NCBI GenBank assembly: GCA_051294905.1
Contig: CM119373.1
Location: 1,552,001-1,616,000, forward strand
From: Botryllus schlosseri
Lineage: Eukaryota
Length of the DNA: 64,000 bases
Direction: 5' to 3'
Position 1 is the stretch's first letter. Each line of letters starts with the position of its first letter. The position numbers and the translations under genes were made by a program. Under the pieces are notes generated by a model. It had not been told where the DNA came from and ran no database searches. It was given only the letters and a program-made list of their open reading frames with translations. This document shows, one piece after another, positions 1 to 12,835 of the stretch.

Positions 1-254
1 AAATCTTCCATTATCTTACTCCTCATGAAACATATCGCTTGATGAAACCGTTAACGGTCGATTCAATCTATAACAATACTCGGGCGATGTAATTCCAATA
101 ATGTGGTTTCAAGTATCTACAAGTATATAAATCATTACATATTTTTGAAAATAATTGCTGCAAGAATTGAGGATATCTTGATTTTCATGTAATCTAAATT
201 CCAATTATTCAAATTGTTTTATTCGGGTTGACAATCCAATTTATAAATTATCTA

Positions 255-643
255 CAGTAAATTTTGTAAAGTAGAAAGAAAACTACTTGTACTTATGTAT
301 TAAAGACTGCCCACTAAATTTTGTAAGGTAGACATAAAATTGCTTGTACTCAACTACAAAAGACTCTACACTACATTTTGTAAAATAGACATAAAAGTGC
401 GTGTACTCCACTACTAAACTTCTAAACTAAATTTCGTAAAGTAGAAAGAAAACTTCTTGTATTAATCTATTCAAACTCCTAACTAAACTATACCAATCAC
501 TCTACACCCGATTCATAAAAGTAGAAAACTACTTGTAATTGAATACTAAACACTTCACACTCAATTTTGTGAAGTAGGAAGAAAACTTCGTTTAGCAATA
601 TACTAAGCACTCTACTCCGGATTTTGTAAAGTAGTGCACTGTG
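255..643. repeat. Degenerate tandem array of ~59-bp units (about 6-7 copies), possibly the subterminal repeats of a CMC/EnSpm-type DNA transposon end
   Basis: The core AATTTTGTAAAGTAGA..AAAAC.(A)CTTGTA recurs at ~59-bp spacing. The array ends in CACTGTG (reverse complement CACAGTG, a CAC-type terminus). The transposon identity is inferred. Confidence 0.7.
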
Positions 644-647
644 CAGG

Positions 648-686
648 GAATGTCTGGGTATTGCTGGAGTAGAAGCAGAGCTATCC
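648..686 (+). pseudogene. Possible 3' remnant of a B-type LRR exon
   Basis: Translates ECLGIAGVEAELS, which resembles the end of exon 41276-41443 (ECLGMGCKESQVS). It is followed by GCAGTA rather than a GT donor, and its 5' part is replaced by the tandem array. The match is short. Confidence 0.35.
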
Positions 687-2542
687 GCAGTATTTGGTTT
701 AGCTGACTGGATACGTAACCTGAAGGTCATGTCCTGAACGTATGAGATATTTACGAAGCCACAGATATTACTCAAGACATACAATATATTTCAGACGTTC
801 ATCCAAGTAGGTTTTGCAATGAATCTCCTCGATTCTCTCGAAACCTGATTTAATACCTGTCGTAATTCAAGACAGGATGTAATCATCGATTGCCGTCTGT
901 GTCGAGATCAATAGGCCTACACATGGTTGAGATATTCATGGTACTGCTGCAATATGCATGTGATAGTTGCGAAATTTTTTGCTAAAACGTATTTTCGCCA
1001 CGCGTCGCATAATATCCGGTACGTAACAAAGATAACCGTATTGACGGTCGCTTGTTGGTGAAAACCTACGATACTGATATGTTCAAATGTCGAAATGATC
1101 GGCTACTACTATACTTCAGTCCTTGCAAGCTGAGTAGACAATAGTATATATGCGATACCAATCCGACGTGGAGAAGAAAACAAAACACACCAATTGAGAT
1201 CGCGTGCATGAGACATGTTCTATGGAGCAGTGTTGTGTGAAACTGCTGTCTACATGTTTTCCATGTCATACATGCCCGTAAAACGCAGCATGCGAATATT
1301 AGTAATGCATTCTTTTTAATGTGTGAGGCTTTGGTCGCGACTTGCCACTCAAACGATCACGCGGTTTGAAAAGTTCAAGAACTAATGTTATATATATGTT
1401 GTACCAACATCTAAGGCAGTAACTCCCAAAATGTGTGATGTTAGTGTGATACTAGTCTTTTAGGGACTTTAGCAGCAACATTGTTTAATATTGAATGCCT
1501 TGCATGCATACGAGGAGATAAAGACGAGAAATCAGGTTAATATCTTCGGCAGGCTGATATATAAGCGGATATGACCATGACCATTTGTATGAAACCAGTC
1601 GCGACAATGATGAATATGTTGAATGAATAGGTATGTCGATGAATAGGTTGATGTCCACATCATCACTAGGTAGCTATATCGGGATGAACCTCTTTAATTT
1701 GATTCATATCAACTGATGTACTGGAAATCATGCCGCAAATCATGAGCACAGCGTTTGCAAGTCCATGCTTACACAATAATTCTCAGGATTTGCTGCAAAC
1801 AGATATAAGTAGGTACTTATTCCATTGAGAAGCCTTTATTGATTTATGAAACGCCTCGACTGTACAAATGCTTTCTTCACGTAAAGCTTTGGGTGTCTCC
1901 TTCCAATTCATATTCCATAATACATGCAATCAAACTTTAACTATCATTTACATCTTATTTGGTAAGTAAACAAGTTGTTTTTGTTGAAATTAAAAGTAAC
2001 GTAGAGACATTACTCGGAAATAGAAGAAATGCGACAAAGTTTGTTAAAAAATTAAACATCGGTTCATTGGTATATACATGTTTGCAAAAACAAGCATGGC
2101 CAACGCGTCAACACGTGAATAGATTTTAAGTCATACTTTCTTGTAAGTGTAAGGCGATAGTCATATAATTTCTCTAACGTACCACAAGCCGAAAAAGTTT
2201 AACCCCCATACTAATAATAATGATGGTGCGCGGTGCTCGTTATGGCGATCTTGATATGAATGTAGATCGGGAATCCATTGATGGCAGATCGCTGGAGATA
2301 TACAGCAGAGAGCGCTGTTATACGCATCATAGGTTACAATGGACGGAACCTGTGATAGTGACACTCAATAAAATATATTAGTAAAGACAAAACAAATAGT
2401 ATAAAGCTAGAGTAGTAAATGTATGAAAAAAATAATAAGTCGAAATCAGCTGAATAGGTGGCACTGCAGCCTCAGATGTTCGGGTTCGCTTGAAAGCGAT
2501 CTTTTATAATACGTTCGCTCGCTTAAACTCGATCTTAGCCTT

Positions 2543-3086
2543 GTTGTTGTTGATTATTATTTGATTGGCGATTATAACGCAAGTGGTTTTGTTCGCCATA
2601 TCCAAAAAGACAATTATCATCTAGGGTGGGTATTGCATCACACAATATAAACTCAAATATATGGCTTTGTTGCGAGAACGAATTCCACAACGTATGGAAA
2701 AATATGCGTCTCAGTCAAAAAGTTTGTTACTGTGGGAGCGATATTCTTCCTCCGACACGTGTCCTCGAGAACTCTTCTCTGGTGTCTATAATTTCGACAC
2801 GTCAATAAATAATGGGCGACACCCTATTCTTGGCGGCAGGTTGAGCAATTGGCTGAATCTGCTATTCCTAATTTGAATAGATGTGCCTTTAGTCCACAAT
2901 GTCCGGTTTGTAGTCGGAACATGATCGCTTGATACCTTTTCGGTAGTCTATTCACGTCTGCTCTGTGGTAGACGGTTGGAAAACATCTCTTAAATTGTTG
3001 TGACTTATCCGATAGTGAATAGCGGTTATTCCAAAGTTCGATGCACGCCTTCCGAGTTCCGACGCGAAGCAGCGATGTCTCGTACG
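2543..3086 (-). mobile_element. 5'-truncated I-group LINE (3' end of ORF2 plus (CAA)n tail)
   Basis: 12-bp TSD GATCTTAGCCTT (2531-2542 / 3087-3098) and a (GTT)n tail on +. The minus strand translates ...RLPKRYQAIMFRLQTGHCGLKAHLFKLGIADSANCSTCRQE*/VAHYLLTCRNY..., the CCHC C-terminus also seen in ORF 12932-13477. It contains a stop/frameshift. Confidence 0.9.
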
Positions 3087-3581
3087 GATCTTAGCCTTAA
3101 GATGTCTCGAACGAACTTTTACACTGACATTAACACACCGATGAGGATCCGAACTGTGCTATCATCAGCAGCTTCCGACTGCAGACAGTATGTTGTTCCC
3201 ATCTTTGACGCCGAATCCACAGCCCTGGCACTAACGCATTCTCAACGATCTTTTTCATAGAGAGGCCTACACACCGACACACGTATTGTTCGCGGTTACA
3301 GATCCGTACATTCTTAGCGAAATAAATGTGTATACACCCCCCCAAAAGTTGGTACACGAAAACAGAACTAATCGCCGTTGCGTGTGTACACGATCAGAAT
3401 TCACCTAATTTTTGAGGTGTACATCGAAAATTTCAGCCCACCTATAAGATGTGGAAGGGGTGTAATTTCCATATTAACTGCAGTCAGTTCCTTTACCTCG
3501 TTTCAAACGCCATACTTTTGCCAGTAAACAACAGATCCGGCTTTGATTGCTTCCATTCTATCTGAATTGCACCGTATTACC

Positions 3582-4393
3582 TAGGGCGATTATGGGGTTA
3601 GGTCAGAAAATGTCAAAATTGTTTATATAGTCTAAAAGTTTTAGCAATCTGCATTTCGTTTGTTTCGTAGATTTTGCACTGTCGGTGACCTTATCATTTG
3701 GCATTTTACAGCTTGTAGCCTACTTTATAGGCCTACCGTTGCAGACGGCCCATTGTCTGCTCATTGTGAATCATAAACATTCAAATTAAGCAAATAGGTT
3801 GACATGGTCGTATGTTCAACGTACAGCAGTACCCTAACTGAAGCAAGACTGCGTGGGCATTGCATGGTTCTTATATCAAGCAGCGCATGATGAAAGATTA
3901 TGATGTAGACACCACTGTGAGAATGAACTAACACGGTTTGTCACCAGCAGTTTACGCACAATTTCAGTGTTTTCAGCCAACAACTGCTGCTGTTAAACGT
4001 TCCTCTTCCATTCTTGGCAAGCTACTTAGTAGGGACTGACACTTTCTACCGGGAATGTATGAAAGTATCTTTCGTTGTACTAAAACAAAGTTTATTTATT
4101 TCTACGATAATACGTGATGTAACTACTGGAATTCTTCATAGGGCCATGTGAACATTTGCCAGTTTTTGAGTCAAAAAAGTTTTTTTCATGCCAAACTGCT
4201 TCGTAAGGACATACAGCTCCAACCAGAAAGGAAGATAAGTAGTAGCCTGCAATTCTAACATTATGTGGAAAAACTCGAATTTGCACATTGCACACGTTTG
4301 GTCAAAATTTAAGTTTTTTAAGGTCAAAAAATGCCAAAATTTTGATTTTCTACGTCAAAATCTTCCCTTTTATAGATAAAAAAGATCGATCTA
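3582..4393 (+). mobile_element. Old non-autonomous hAT-like element (family A)
   Basis: Starts TAGGGCG and is homologous along its length to 47654-48513. It contains a decayed transposase C-terminal motif QPTTAAVKRSSSILGKLLSRD (compare hAT P.TSA.VERSFS). The TSD is not recognisable. Confidence 0.7.
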
Positions 4394-5049
4394 GCAATAT
4401 CATGAATAGGAAGATATTTCGTGAAATAATGAAGAACAGAGAATCCGACAACGAAGAAACATAATTCACTGAAGACACTCCTCGAAGAAGATTGCCGTAT
4501 AATGTCGAGAGATGATCAACTCCAGATTTTCATAAAACACTCTTGAACCGTCGAAGGTTGCGTCACTGTCTTTCAGTAAAAACTTGTGGCAGTGTTCTGA
4601 AATCAAAACAAATATTCACAATCAAATTATTAGGCACAAGAGCTAATACAATTTCAAACTGAAATGTTGATACCTAAACGAAAAACAACGAAGATGGAAA
4701 TCATAATGACGTATATATATTTGCGCAAAGTACTAGCATGAAAAATGATTTTTCACTTGATACGATATTGCTAGCATTTTGCAAAAGGTGACTCCAATGA
4801 CTGAATGCATTTCTAAGACGTCTGAACCTTTTAATTTGTGTGTTTTCGAATACATCAATTCTAGGAGTAAGTGGAATCATACAGGCTTCAATTATAGAGT
4901 GCGACCACAATCTATATTTAATACAGGCCTACTGTAAATTCAAATTAAATCAAATTAATCACCGTAGTTGGCTTCCAACTTGCGATCCTGATTGATGTAT
5001 ATCATCATTCAGAAATGGTCACCGATGTCGAACTTACTTTTTGAGACTA

Positions 5050-5820
5050 ATTTTGCCTATACTTTTACTTTTTATTCAATTAGTAATATAGCTTTCAATA
5101 CAACATCCATTGTAACAAAAAATTTATTGAACTCGAAGACTTTTCGGGTGCCTCTTTTCAAGAGTTATCGGCACACTAAAGGGATTTAAACAGAGTTAAA
5201 AGCAAAACCAAAAAGGCAAAGTATGACGCAACAATCAAATCACTAACCATGAAATTCGCCTTGTACCAATGGCAACAATAGCAAACTATGAAGTATACGG
5301 ACGTATACGGTACTATAGTAGCAGCACAATTTGTAAATAAACAGTTACACGCACGAAACAACACGCACTGATGAGAAATTTGTAGGTTATAGAGGAAATC
5401 TTTTTGTCTACATAAAATAGGTTTGTTCAACTGAATAATAGTAGACTCCAGCACTTTTAAATGAAACAAAGACCTACCACGCGCAATAACAGTCATGTGC
5501 AATCTCCACGAAACAACACGCACTGATGAGAAATTTGTAGGTTATAGAGGAGATCTTTTTGTCTACATAAAATAGGTTTGTTCAACTGAACAATTGTAGA
5601 CTCCAGCACTTTTAAATGAAACAAAGACTTACCACGCGCAATGGCAGTCATGCGCAATGTCATCATAGTGCTGTGCGCAGGCTAGGTTTTCACTCAAATG
5701 CTAACCAATTGACGAAGCATATGCTTGGTAATCGTCATAGCAGTCTATTTTGGCAGCCAATTTGCACTGACGTGCGAGATCCATGCGATCATTTGCGCAT
5801 GTTTTTGATCGAATCAATTT
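5050..5820 (-). mobile_element. Penelope-like element 3' fragment (family 2) with partial tandem pseudo-LTR
   Basis: The minus strand encodes a GIY-YIG C-terminus (SSIG*HLSENLACAQHYDD...IARGRSLFHLKVLESTIIQLNKPILCRQKDFLYNLQI). There is a direct repeat at ~5352-5503 / ~5507-5658. Outer limits are approximate. Confidence 0.8.
5131..5175 (-). ncRNA. Decayed minimal type I hammerhead ribozyme (PLE family 2)
   Basis: The minus strand reads TGTGCCG-ATA-ACTC-TTGAAAA-G-AGGCACC-C-GAAA-AGTCT-TC-GAGT. Stem I is ACTC/GAGT, and GAAA and the UC cleavage site are present. The core differs from CTGANGA by two transitions. The layout matches 43892-43935. Confidence 0.7.
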
Positions 5821-6144
5821 AGGGATAATTATTTTCTTATGCGTGTGAGAGTGTAGAGTTTGTAAGCGTTATGCAAAGGGAGATTGCAAATGTGAACGGA
5901 GGATTCATCGCCGTAATTCTTGAATAGGCAACAAAACGTTGTTGTTTCACCCAACGAAGCTGCAAAATCAATGTAAAGACATACATGCCATACACGCCTA
6001 TACAGTGAATACATGGCTTACGGTCGCCACAGGCAGAAAAATATTTGCATAGGATTTAATTGGATAATTTAATTGGATACTTACTGATCGGGACTCTATA
6101 CTGTAGTTCCACATTATTTAATCGTTATAATTAGTTTGATTTTT

Positions 6145-6735
6145 ATTACCTAAAAAACGAAAGATTTAGACCCAAAGAATCAGCAATTCGACATTTTTTA
6201 CCGCGAAAAACTTAATTTTGACCAAATTTCGACCACACTTATGTAAATTAGGTGTTTTCCCAAATAATGTTACAATTTTACTGCCTATCTTCATTTCTGG
6301 TTGTAACTGTCTGTCCTTTCGATGTGGTTTAGCATGAAAAAAATTTATTTGACTCCAAAACTTACAAGTTTTTGCATGAAACAACTTTATTTTGAAGAAA
6401 TCTGGCCCTATGAAGAATTCCAGTAGTTACATCACGTATTACGGTCGAAATATTTAAAATTTGTTTTATTACAACGGAAGATACTTTCCTACATTATAGG
6501 GTAGAATTAGTCGGTCTTTACTAAGTAGCTTGCAAAGAATGGAGAAAGAATCTTCAACAGCAGTAGTTGTTGACTAACAACACTGAAGTTGTGCGTACAC
6601 TGCTGGTGACACATCGTGTTGCTTCATTCTGACAACGGTGTCTACATCACAATTTTTCATCATGGGCTTCTTGATATAAGAACCATGCAATACCCACGCA
6701 GTTTTGCTTCAGTTATGATATTGCGGTAGGTTGAG
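6145..6735 (-). mobile_element. Partial hAT-like family A copy, reverse orientation
   Basis: Reverse-complement similarity to 3820-4380 and 47930-48500 (e.g. GAAGAATTCCAGTAGTTACATCACGTATT, ACAGCAGTAGTTG). Confidence 0.7.
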
Positions 6736-7929
6736 TATAACGGGGAATTGGAATGAATGATGGTACACATCTGGAGATGGATTCTGTAGATGAGCATATT
6801 ATGTCTTGAAAGGTAAAATAGGAGTTGGTTTTTTAAGGTAAACCGAAATTTCGAATGGGATTTGGTACAATGCCACGGAATTTAATTTTTCGTCAATATT
6901 CACTTAGAAAGTTGTAAAGGAGCGTATATATTGCATGACATTAAAAGGGTGCGATTTTGTCTATTATAACATTAGAGATTCTATATAGTTGCTGAGTGAC
7001 GTAAAGACCGAGTGTCTCATTTCGATTTCCCAAAAGTGTTTAAATAGGCGTACTTGCTGGGTGCCGTTTACACCCTAACATTGTCTTTATCGAGTGGTCA
7101 CTTGTGAAATACTAATCTTAAAAACTACATAAAGGTATGCATTATATCTGTCAAACACAGTAGACCTGCCATCTCCCCGGATTCAAGCGGACGGATTTAC
7201 ATGCCGATATCCTAATGGCGACTACTTTTTGAAAGAGGCAGAGATTGCTATCATTCCAGTTAACAGAATTCTACGTTGAAATCGGCCCCATACATTTGCC
7301 ACTGAGAAGACCGAGTTTCCAAATAATGTCATGAAACTAGTTCATAGGTAATTTTACAAATTTCAATTGTGTTTGAGTGGATTCGATCAAGTGAAATCTA
7401 GAACATTCTAACCGACTCGAGGGCTATTATCAAAACCGTGCTGGTGTAAAGAGAGAAAAGAATTCCAGCTTTGGCATGAGGTTACTGGTCTATTGCGAAT
7501 TAATCACAGAATATGAGGCAATACAAAATTTACGATTTTAGACCGAAAAGTGAGCATTTCCTCCCAGACAGATCTGTTCTGTAAGGTTGCTGTAAAATGG
7601 AAGTTATGACGGATGGAGCTATGTCGAACAATAGTAGAGAAATCTAGCGTACACGAAGTGTGACATAATGCTCATTCTTCACGCGGAATGCGGTCACTAA
7701 ATGTCGCTACAAATAACGACATGTCAATGCACGTGTGAATTCGCGTGATTTTGTGCTATCAAGAAACATCATGTCGATCCCCCAAAAAAAATCCTAAATC
7801 GAACCTAACCTAACCCAAGCCAATCTAATCTCTACGCTAATATAATTTCATCATTTCTGACCTTCAATAATATTCATGACACATGGCACCGTTAATATTT
7901 TGACGATTACATTCCGAAAAGAAAGATAA

Positions 7930-10900
7930 CACTGGTCAACCAAAATGAAGAAAAAAAATAACAGAACATCTAGGAGGTGTTTCTGGGATTTTCAAGGTTG
8001 CCGATTACGAATATCTCATTTGTTTTTCCAGATTGCCTCTAAAAAATAACATGTTTGTACCCCTAAAAAAGCTTCAAATCACTGTATTTACCCTTGAATA
8101 TTTCACTTGGTAGGAAATAAATCTTGGATTTTTTTTACTTTTATGCTGAGCATAAATTTATAATGGACTAGAACACTCATGTCGTTATCAGTTATTCCAT
8201 CAATATTAACATGACCTGATGCGAGAACTTCGTTAAAAAACAGTTTGTCAAGCCAAAAATTTGTTCTTTTGCTCGATGGTAATATATTTTATCCTGTAAC
8301 CATCGGTCATTCTGCCAAGATGAAAGAGGTATATTAAGCTATCAAATTTGTCCCTGGAAAGCTTACCTAGAATATTCATATGCTTCTCATCTCTTTTCAC
8401 TTTTAAATGAATAATTTTCTATGAAGCCAAAAAAGTGAGTATACCAAGTATCAATATCAAGCGAGACGCTCGAATCTGGAATCTTTGATGGATCTCAGAT
8501 TAGAATACGGGCTAAGGATGACAATTTAATATTAAGAAAGGTGCTCCTTGCATGGAATACCTTCCAGGATGTAGCATATAAAACATTTTGTAAGATCACA
8601 AAGCACCCAACTACAAACAGTTGGTTCGAGAATTGGTATCTGCATATGGAAACCCTGGAGAAAACATGAACATTAAATTTCACTTCCTGTTCAGTCATCT
8701 TGATAGTTTCTTTGTTAATATTGTTGATTAGATCAGTGGTTCTCAACCAACGGTCCGCGGACCGGTGCCGTTCCGCAACGACATTACTGCCGGTCCGCCA
8801 GGTATATTACAATGTTATTCCTTAATTTCAAGATGCAATGTTGAAGGCTACAAGGTACAGAACAGATACGAGCTGACTCATAGCTAAGGAGCGCAGTTTG
8901 CGCGATCGTTCGTTTTCGATTCATTCATTTTGAGCAGGACCGTAACTGGGGCACTCCAAACCTCTCAATTGGAATGGGGCCGCGCTTGAAAACGGCCCAC
9001 AATTATTTTGCAGATGAACATCAATCATAGCGTGTTTTTTTCTTCAACATTTTCCAATTTCTTCGCGCGATTTAGTGTCACTGAATGTCTTGCTAGTTAG
9101 GTGCCCTTCTCCGAGAATTACGCATGATTTAAAGCAGGGCGAGCAACTTCTCCAGTCGGAGGGGCGGATGCAGGAGAATTAGGTACTTGGCGGGCCGGAT
9201 AGCTAAATCGATACATTATTCGCCCATTTATCCACATATACAAGAACTGAATCGCAAATCATGAATGTATTGTAACGAAAACAATGTCATTTCAAAGCCA
9301 TTTCTATGCGATAATGACGAAGACAATGTGGATGTGAGAACACCATTGTCATACAGGCGCCGCACTTTCAACTTCTCTCTCATCAATCAACACATGGTGC
9401 AATCCTTAATGAAGACTTCAAGGCGTTCGATAAGCCCGGTACCCCAAATTTACCAAGATATCAATTCATTAAGGTCGAGCACATCGTTAATGCCGATAAT
9501 GCAAGTCTTCCCGCTTCTACGAACTTACGCGTAAGCTCCACTCTCGCACGCATTCTCGGCAATGTCCATTCTCAGTAATGGTTTTCTCGATATTGGTATA
9601 GACCAGGGGTCACCAACACGCGGCCCGCGGGCCGCATGCGGCCCGCGACCCGAATTGAAATTTCGGTAGAATGCTTAGTAAAGCATTTTCAAATGCTGAA
9701 TTTAATTTCAGTTACATATTGTTGTTGTAGTTGTTGTTGAAAGTAAGCTATTCTCCTGTGCCCAATATCGCTATCCCTTACTAGCTTATACGGCTTCGGC
9801 GATGGTAATATTATTCCATGGAGGAAAAATTTGCTGATATGGTTTGGCATAGTGCCTTGACGTGCAATGGCCCACCACTGCTAAGACCGAAACGCTTAGA
9901 AAACGACTCCGGGCTTCCCAAAAGACCAAGCTTGACGATGAGATAGTTTTCCAGCCAGTACCGTGTGTTGTTCACCTTAATATTTATGGTAACATGTGAA
10001 ACTATACTAATATTATTGACGAAATTCGGTCATAAATACGAAAAAATTTGCGCGCTTCGCGCGACTACTTAACGAGCCCCGGTGCCTATTCAGAATATGA
10101 CTAGTCACGATTTCCGTACGCATAGTAAGCCGATATGAGACTCCAGTTAGCTCAATACGGATATGCACTGGAATGCGCCCGTAGGCTACATACGTAATAA
10201 AAAGGCGACCGTGAATAGCAAAAAGGTTGCCCACCCCTGCTTTAGTTGCTGAAGTGTGTTGTCACTATCATGCGTAACCCATAGTTCAAAATAGAATATA
10301 AGTCATGATCTTGATATTTTTTGTTCTATATATTTGTATTTATTCAATAACATATTATTTCTTTTGTGATAACTATGCCCGTCGTCCATGTTAGAAAGCA
10401 CAGGACGTAGAGTGGTTGTTAAACTGCGTTGCCCATATTGTTATCTCGATATTGAAGTCGTGCGGCCCGCGGCTTCAACGAATTTTGAAAAGTGGCCCGC
10501 GACCCCTTTTGAGTTGGCGACCCCTGGTATAGACTGAGCCTCCGTGGCCCTAGTCTGCCGAGTTATTTGCGTGTGTGCGCAGCGTGCGAGAGTGGAGCTT
10601 ACGTGTAAGTTAGTAGAAGCGAGAAGATATGCATTATCGGCCTTTACGGTTTTATATCAGTACCAAGAAAACTATTACCGAGAATGGACAATGACAAGAA
10701 TCTAACTTACTGAGAAGGCGTTGTTGAGAAATTTATATCTGAGAATCGACACCGAATGTGGCAAAGCCGCCATGCACAATTGTACATGCACACGACCTGT
10801 ATATATGCATAACATGCCTGCATTGCATACATTGCATTGTCGGTGGTGTCCATTCTCGGTAATAGCTTTCTCGTTGATACTTTTTCGGTCTTGACCGGAC

Positions 10901-12197
10901 ACCGGGACACATTATCAACCAAGACGGGAATCTGTCCGCGAGACGGATACGGATCGCGGGCCGTATGTTGGCCGCCCCAGATTTATAGAAATAGATATTT
11001 CGTCGTCAGCCATTACCACGCCACGACGTACCAACACATAATAGAGGTTGGGCTGACATGGGACTCCGAAAGATGTGCCAACAATTCGGCAGCGTATAAT
11101 CCGATTAAGTCATGAATGATGGAATATTTTCGCTATTGGCGCGATTACGCTACATAAACTCTCTGCTTACACCGAGTAGAATGAAAGTGCTCACAAGTGC
11201 AGGTGAAAACATCCACCCAAATGTGGGGTCTGGGGGCGAAGCCTCCGGAAGTTTGACTTGTCGCCCACTGGATTCCAAGTCAAACGTTTTTGGAGGTGGG
11301 CTGACGTAGTGTGATTTTTCGGTGGGATTTGCGCATCGCCGGTATAGCTGCTGTAGGATGCTTTCTTGCGGTACGCATTGTATTCGTAGTTGGCAGAGTA
11401 GCCTGCGTCTGGTGGCAGTGGGCAATGAGCAAGGTGGCACGACAATGTGGCTGTAACGCTTCTTCTCTCGATATTGTCAAAGAGAAGAATATTATTCGAG
11501 TTGGCGTGATCGGTTCCAGTGGTTCCCAACGTGGGCGATATCGCCCCCTAGTGGGTGATTTTGAGAAACAAGAGGGATAAAATACGAAAGGAGAGACTGG
11601 GGGGCAAAAATGTTAGAACGTCAAGTGAGATATATTTAATTAACGCGGCCAAAATATGGACGTAAAGAGGACTTATTCAGCATATGACGCGAAAAAAACT
11701 CCACTTAACGGAACGTAGACGCGTAAACCGGTTTTCCGAGCACCTAGTAGGAAAAATGACCCTTTGTTTTAGTCAGTTTTCATCAGTGATCAGAGTTAGG
11801 TGAATAAAGGTAAATAAATTTCCTAATTATATGCCCTCTTTTTCGGATCCTTAAATTTGGAGGGCGAAAATTAGTGTCGAACTTGATAAGAGGGAGATGA
11901 GTCGAAAAAGCTTGGGAACCACTAGGTTAAACCCACGGCCTTCGGCGCGTAAGACTGTTAACGACTCTTGGCAGTAGCACGTTTATCTGGAAATGCAATT
12001 TTACCACGACTTAGCAGACTCACTACCATAATATCACACAGATGCCGTCAGGAAGATAATTAATTACGATCAAATCCCTCTAAATGTCACTCTTTAACAC
12101 CATATAACTGCAAACAGCGGTTGCATAATTTACATTTCGGCTTTATTTCAATTTTTAAAGTTCACCGGTCCACCAGACATTTTTTTGAAATTTCTAC
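7930..12197 (+). mobile_element. Chapaev3-type element with nested insertions, copy X (3' end deleted)
   Basis: TAA|CACTGGTCAAC start, with a transposase remnant at ~8480-8730. Nested hAT starts at 8734. A deletion at ~12197 (TACC microhomology) removes the 3' ends seen in copy Y. Confidence 0.85.
9604..10526. mobile_element. Non-autonomous hAT (Charlie-like) element, copy X only
   Basis: TIRs CAGGGGTCACCAAC / GTTGGCGACCCCTG, 8-bp TSD GTATAGAC (9596-9603, 10527-10534), and an empty site at 25356-25363. Confidence 0.95.
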
Positions 12198-12835
12198 CAG
12201 TATAGCACCCTTCATATACGGGTGTGAATATACACCCATAGCGCACGGATCCTGAACCGATCTCAGAATTATACCGCGGCATAAATTGAGTACAAAATTT
12301 CAAAGCGAATTATACATGCACGAAGGAACGTATAAAGGTACGCACATGCACGCCTGTAGGCCCGTAAGATTTTTGACCGCAATATAATTCCGAGTCAAGT
12401 TTTGTTTTCGTGTACCAGCCATTTCTGCCCTTTTGGTGTGAATAAACACTCTTTTCTAATGAAATATTCAGTTTAGGCACAGAACGCTTAGTATATCATG
12501 CCTGATAAAGGTCAGTGTCTACTCTACCAATTGTAAAGCAAAAGGTATCAAGGGTCATTGCATTTATTGATTCGATATACGTGTAATTGTGATTCAACGA
12601 ACCTGACTAAAATACGAGGTCACTGCAAAGTGGTAGATTGTCGCTTAATTACGCATGACTCGATCGTTGTTATCATTGAAACCTTCTCTCTTTTACGATA
12701 AATCGGTGTTTGTCCGAATAGTAACGACCGTAAGAGCATTCCAGGACTATTACTCGTGACGTTTTTCATTTCATCAGCGCTCTCCACAAATTACTCAATA
12801 ATATGGGATTCGATAATTATTTACTTATGCGTGTG

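Noticed and set aside
255..643. Regularly spaced repeats resembling a CRISPR array
   Set aside because: The whole ~59-bp unit is homologous between copies (no unique spacers), the context is eukaryotic and there are no cas genes.
4400..4560. Purine-rich stretch that might be another LRR exon
   Set aside because: It has stops in all frames tried and no clear acceptor, so it cannot be supported.
8495..11580. Cluster of short ORFs repeated at 24257-26414
   Set aside because: These are chance ORFs inside duplicated transposon nests. The real coding remnant (Chapaev3) is on the + strand and broken.
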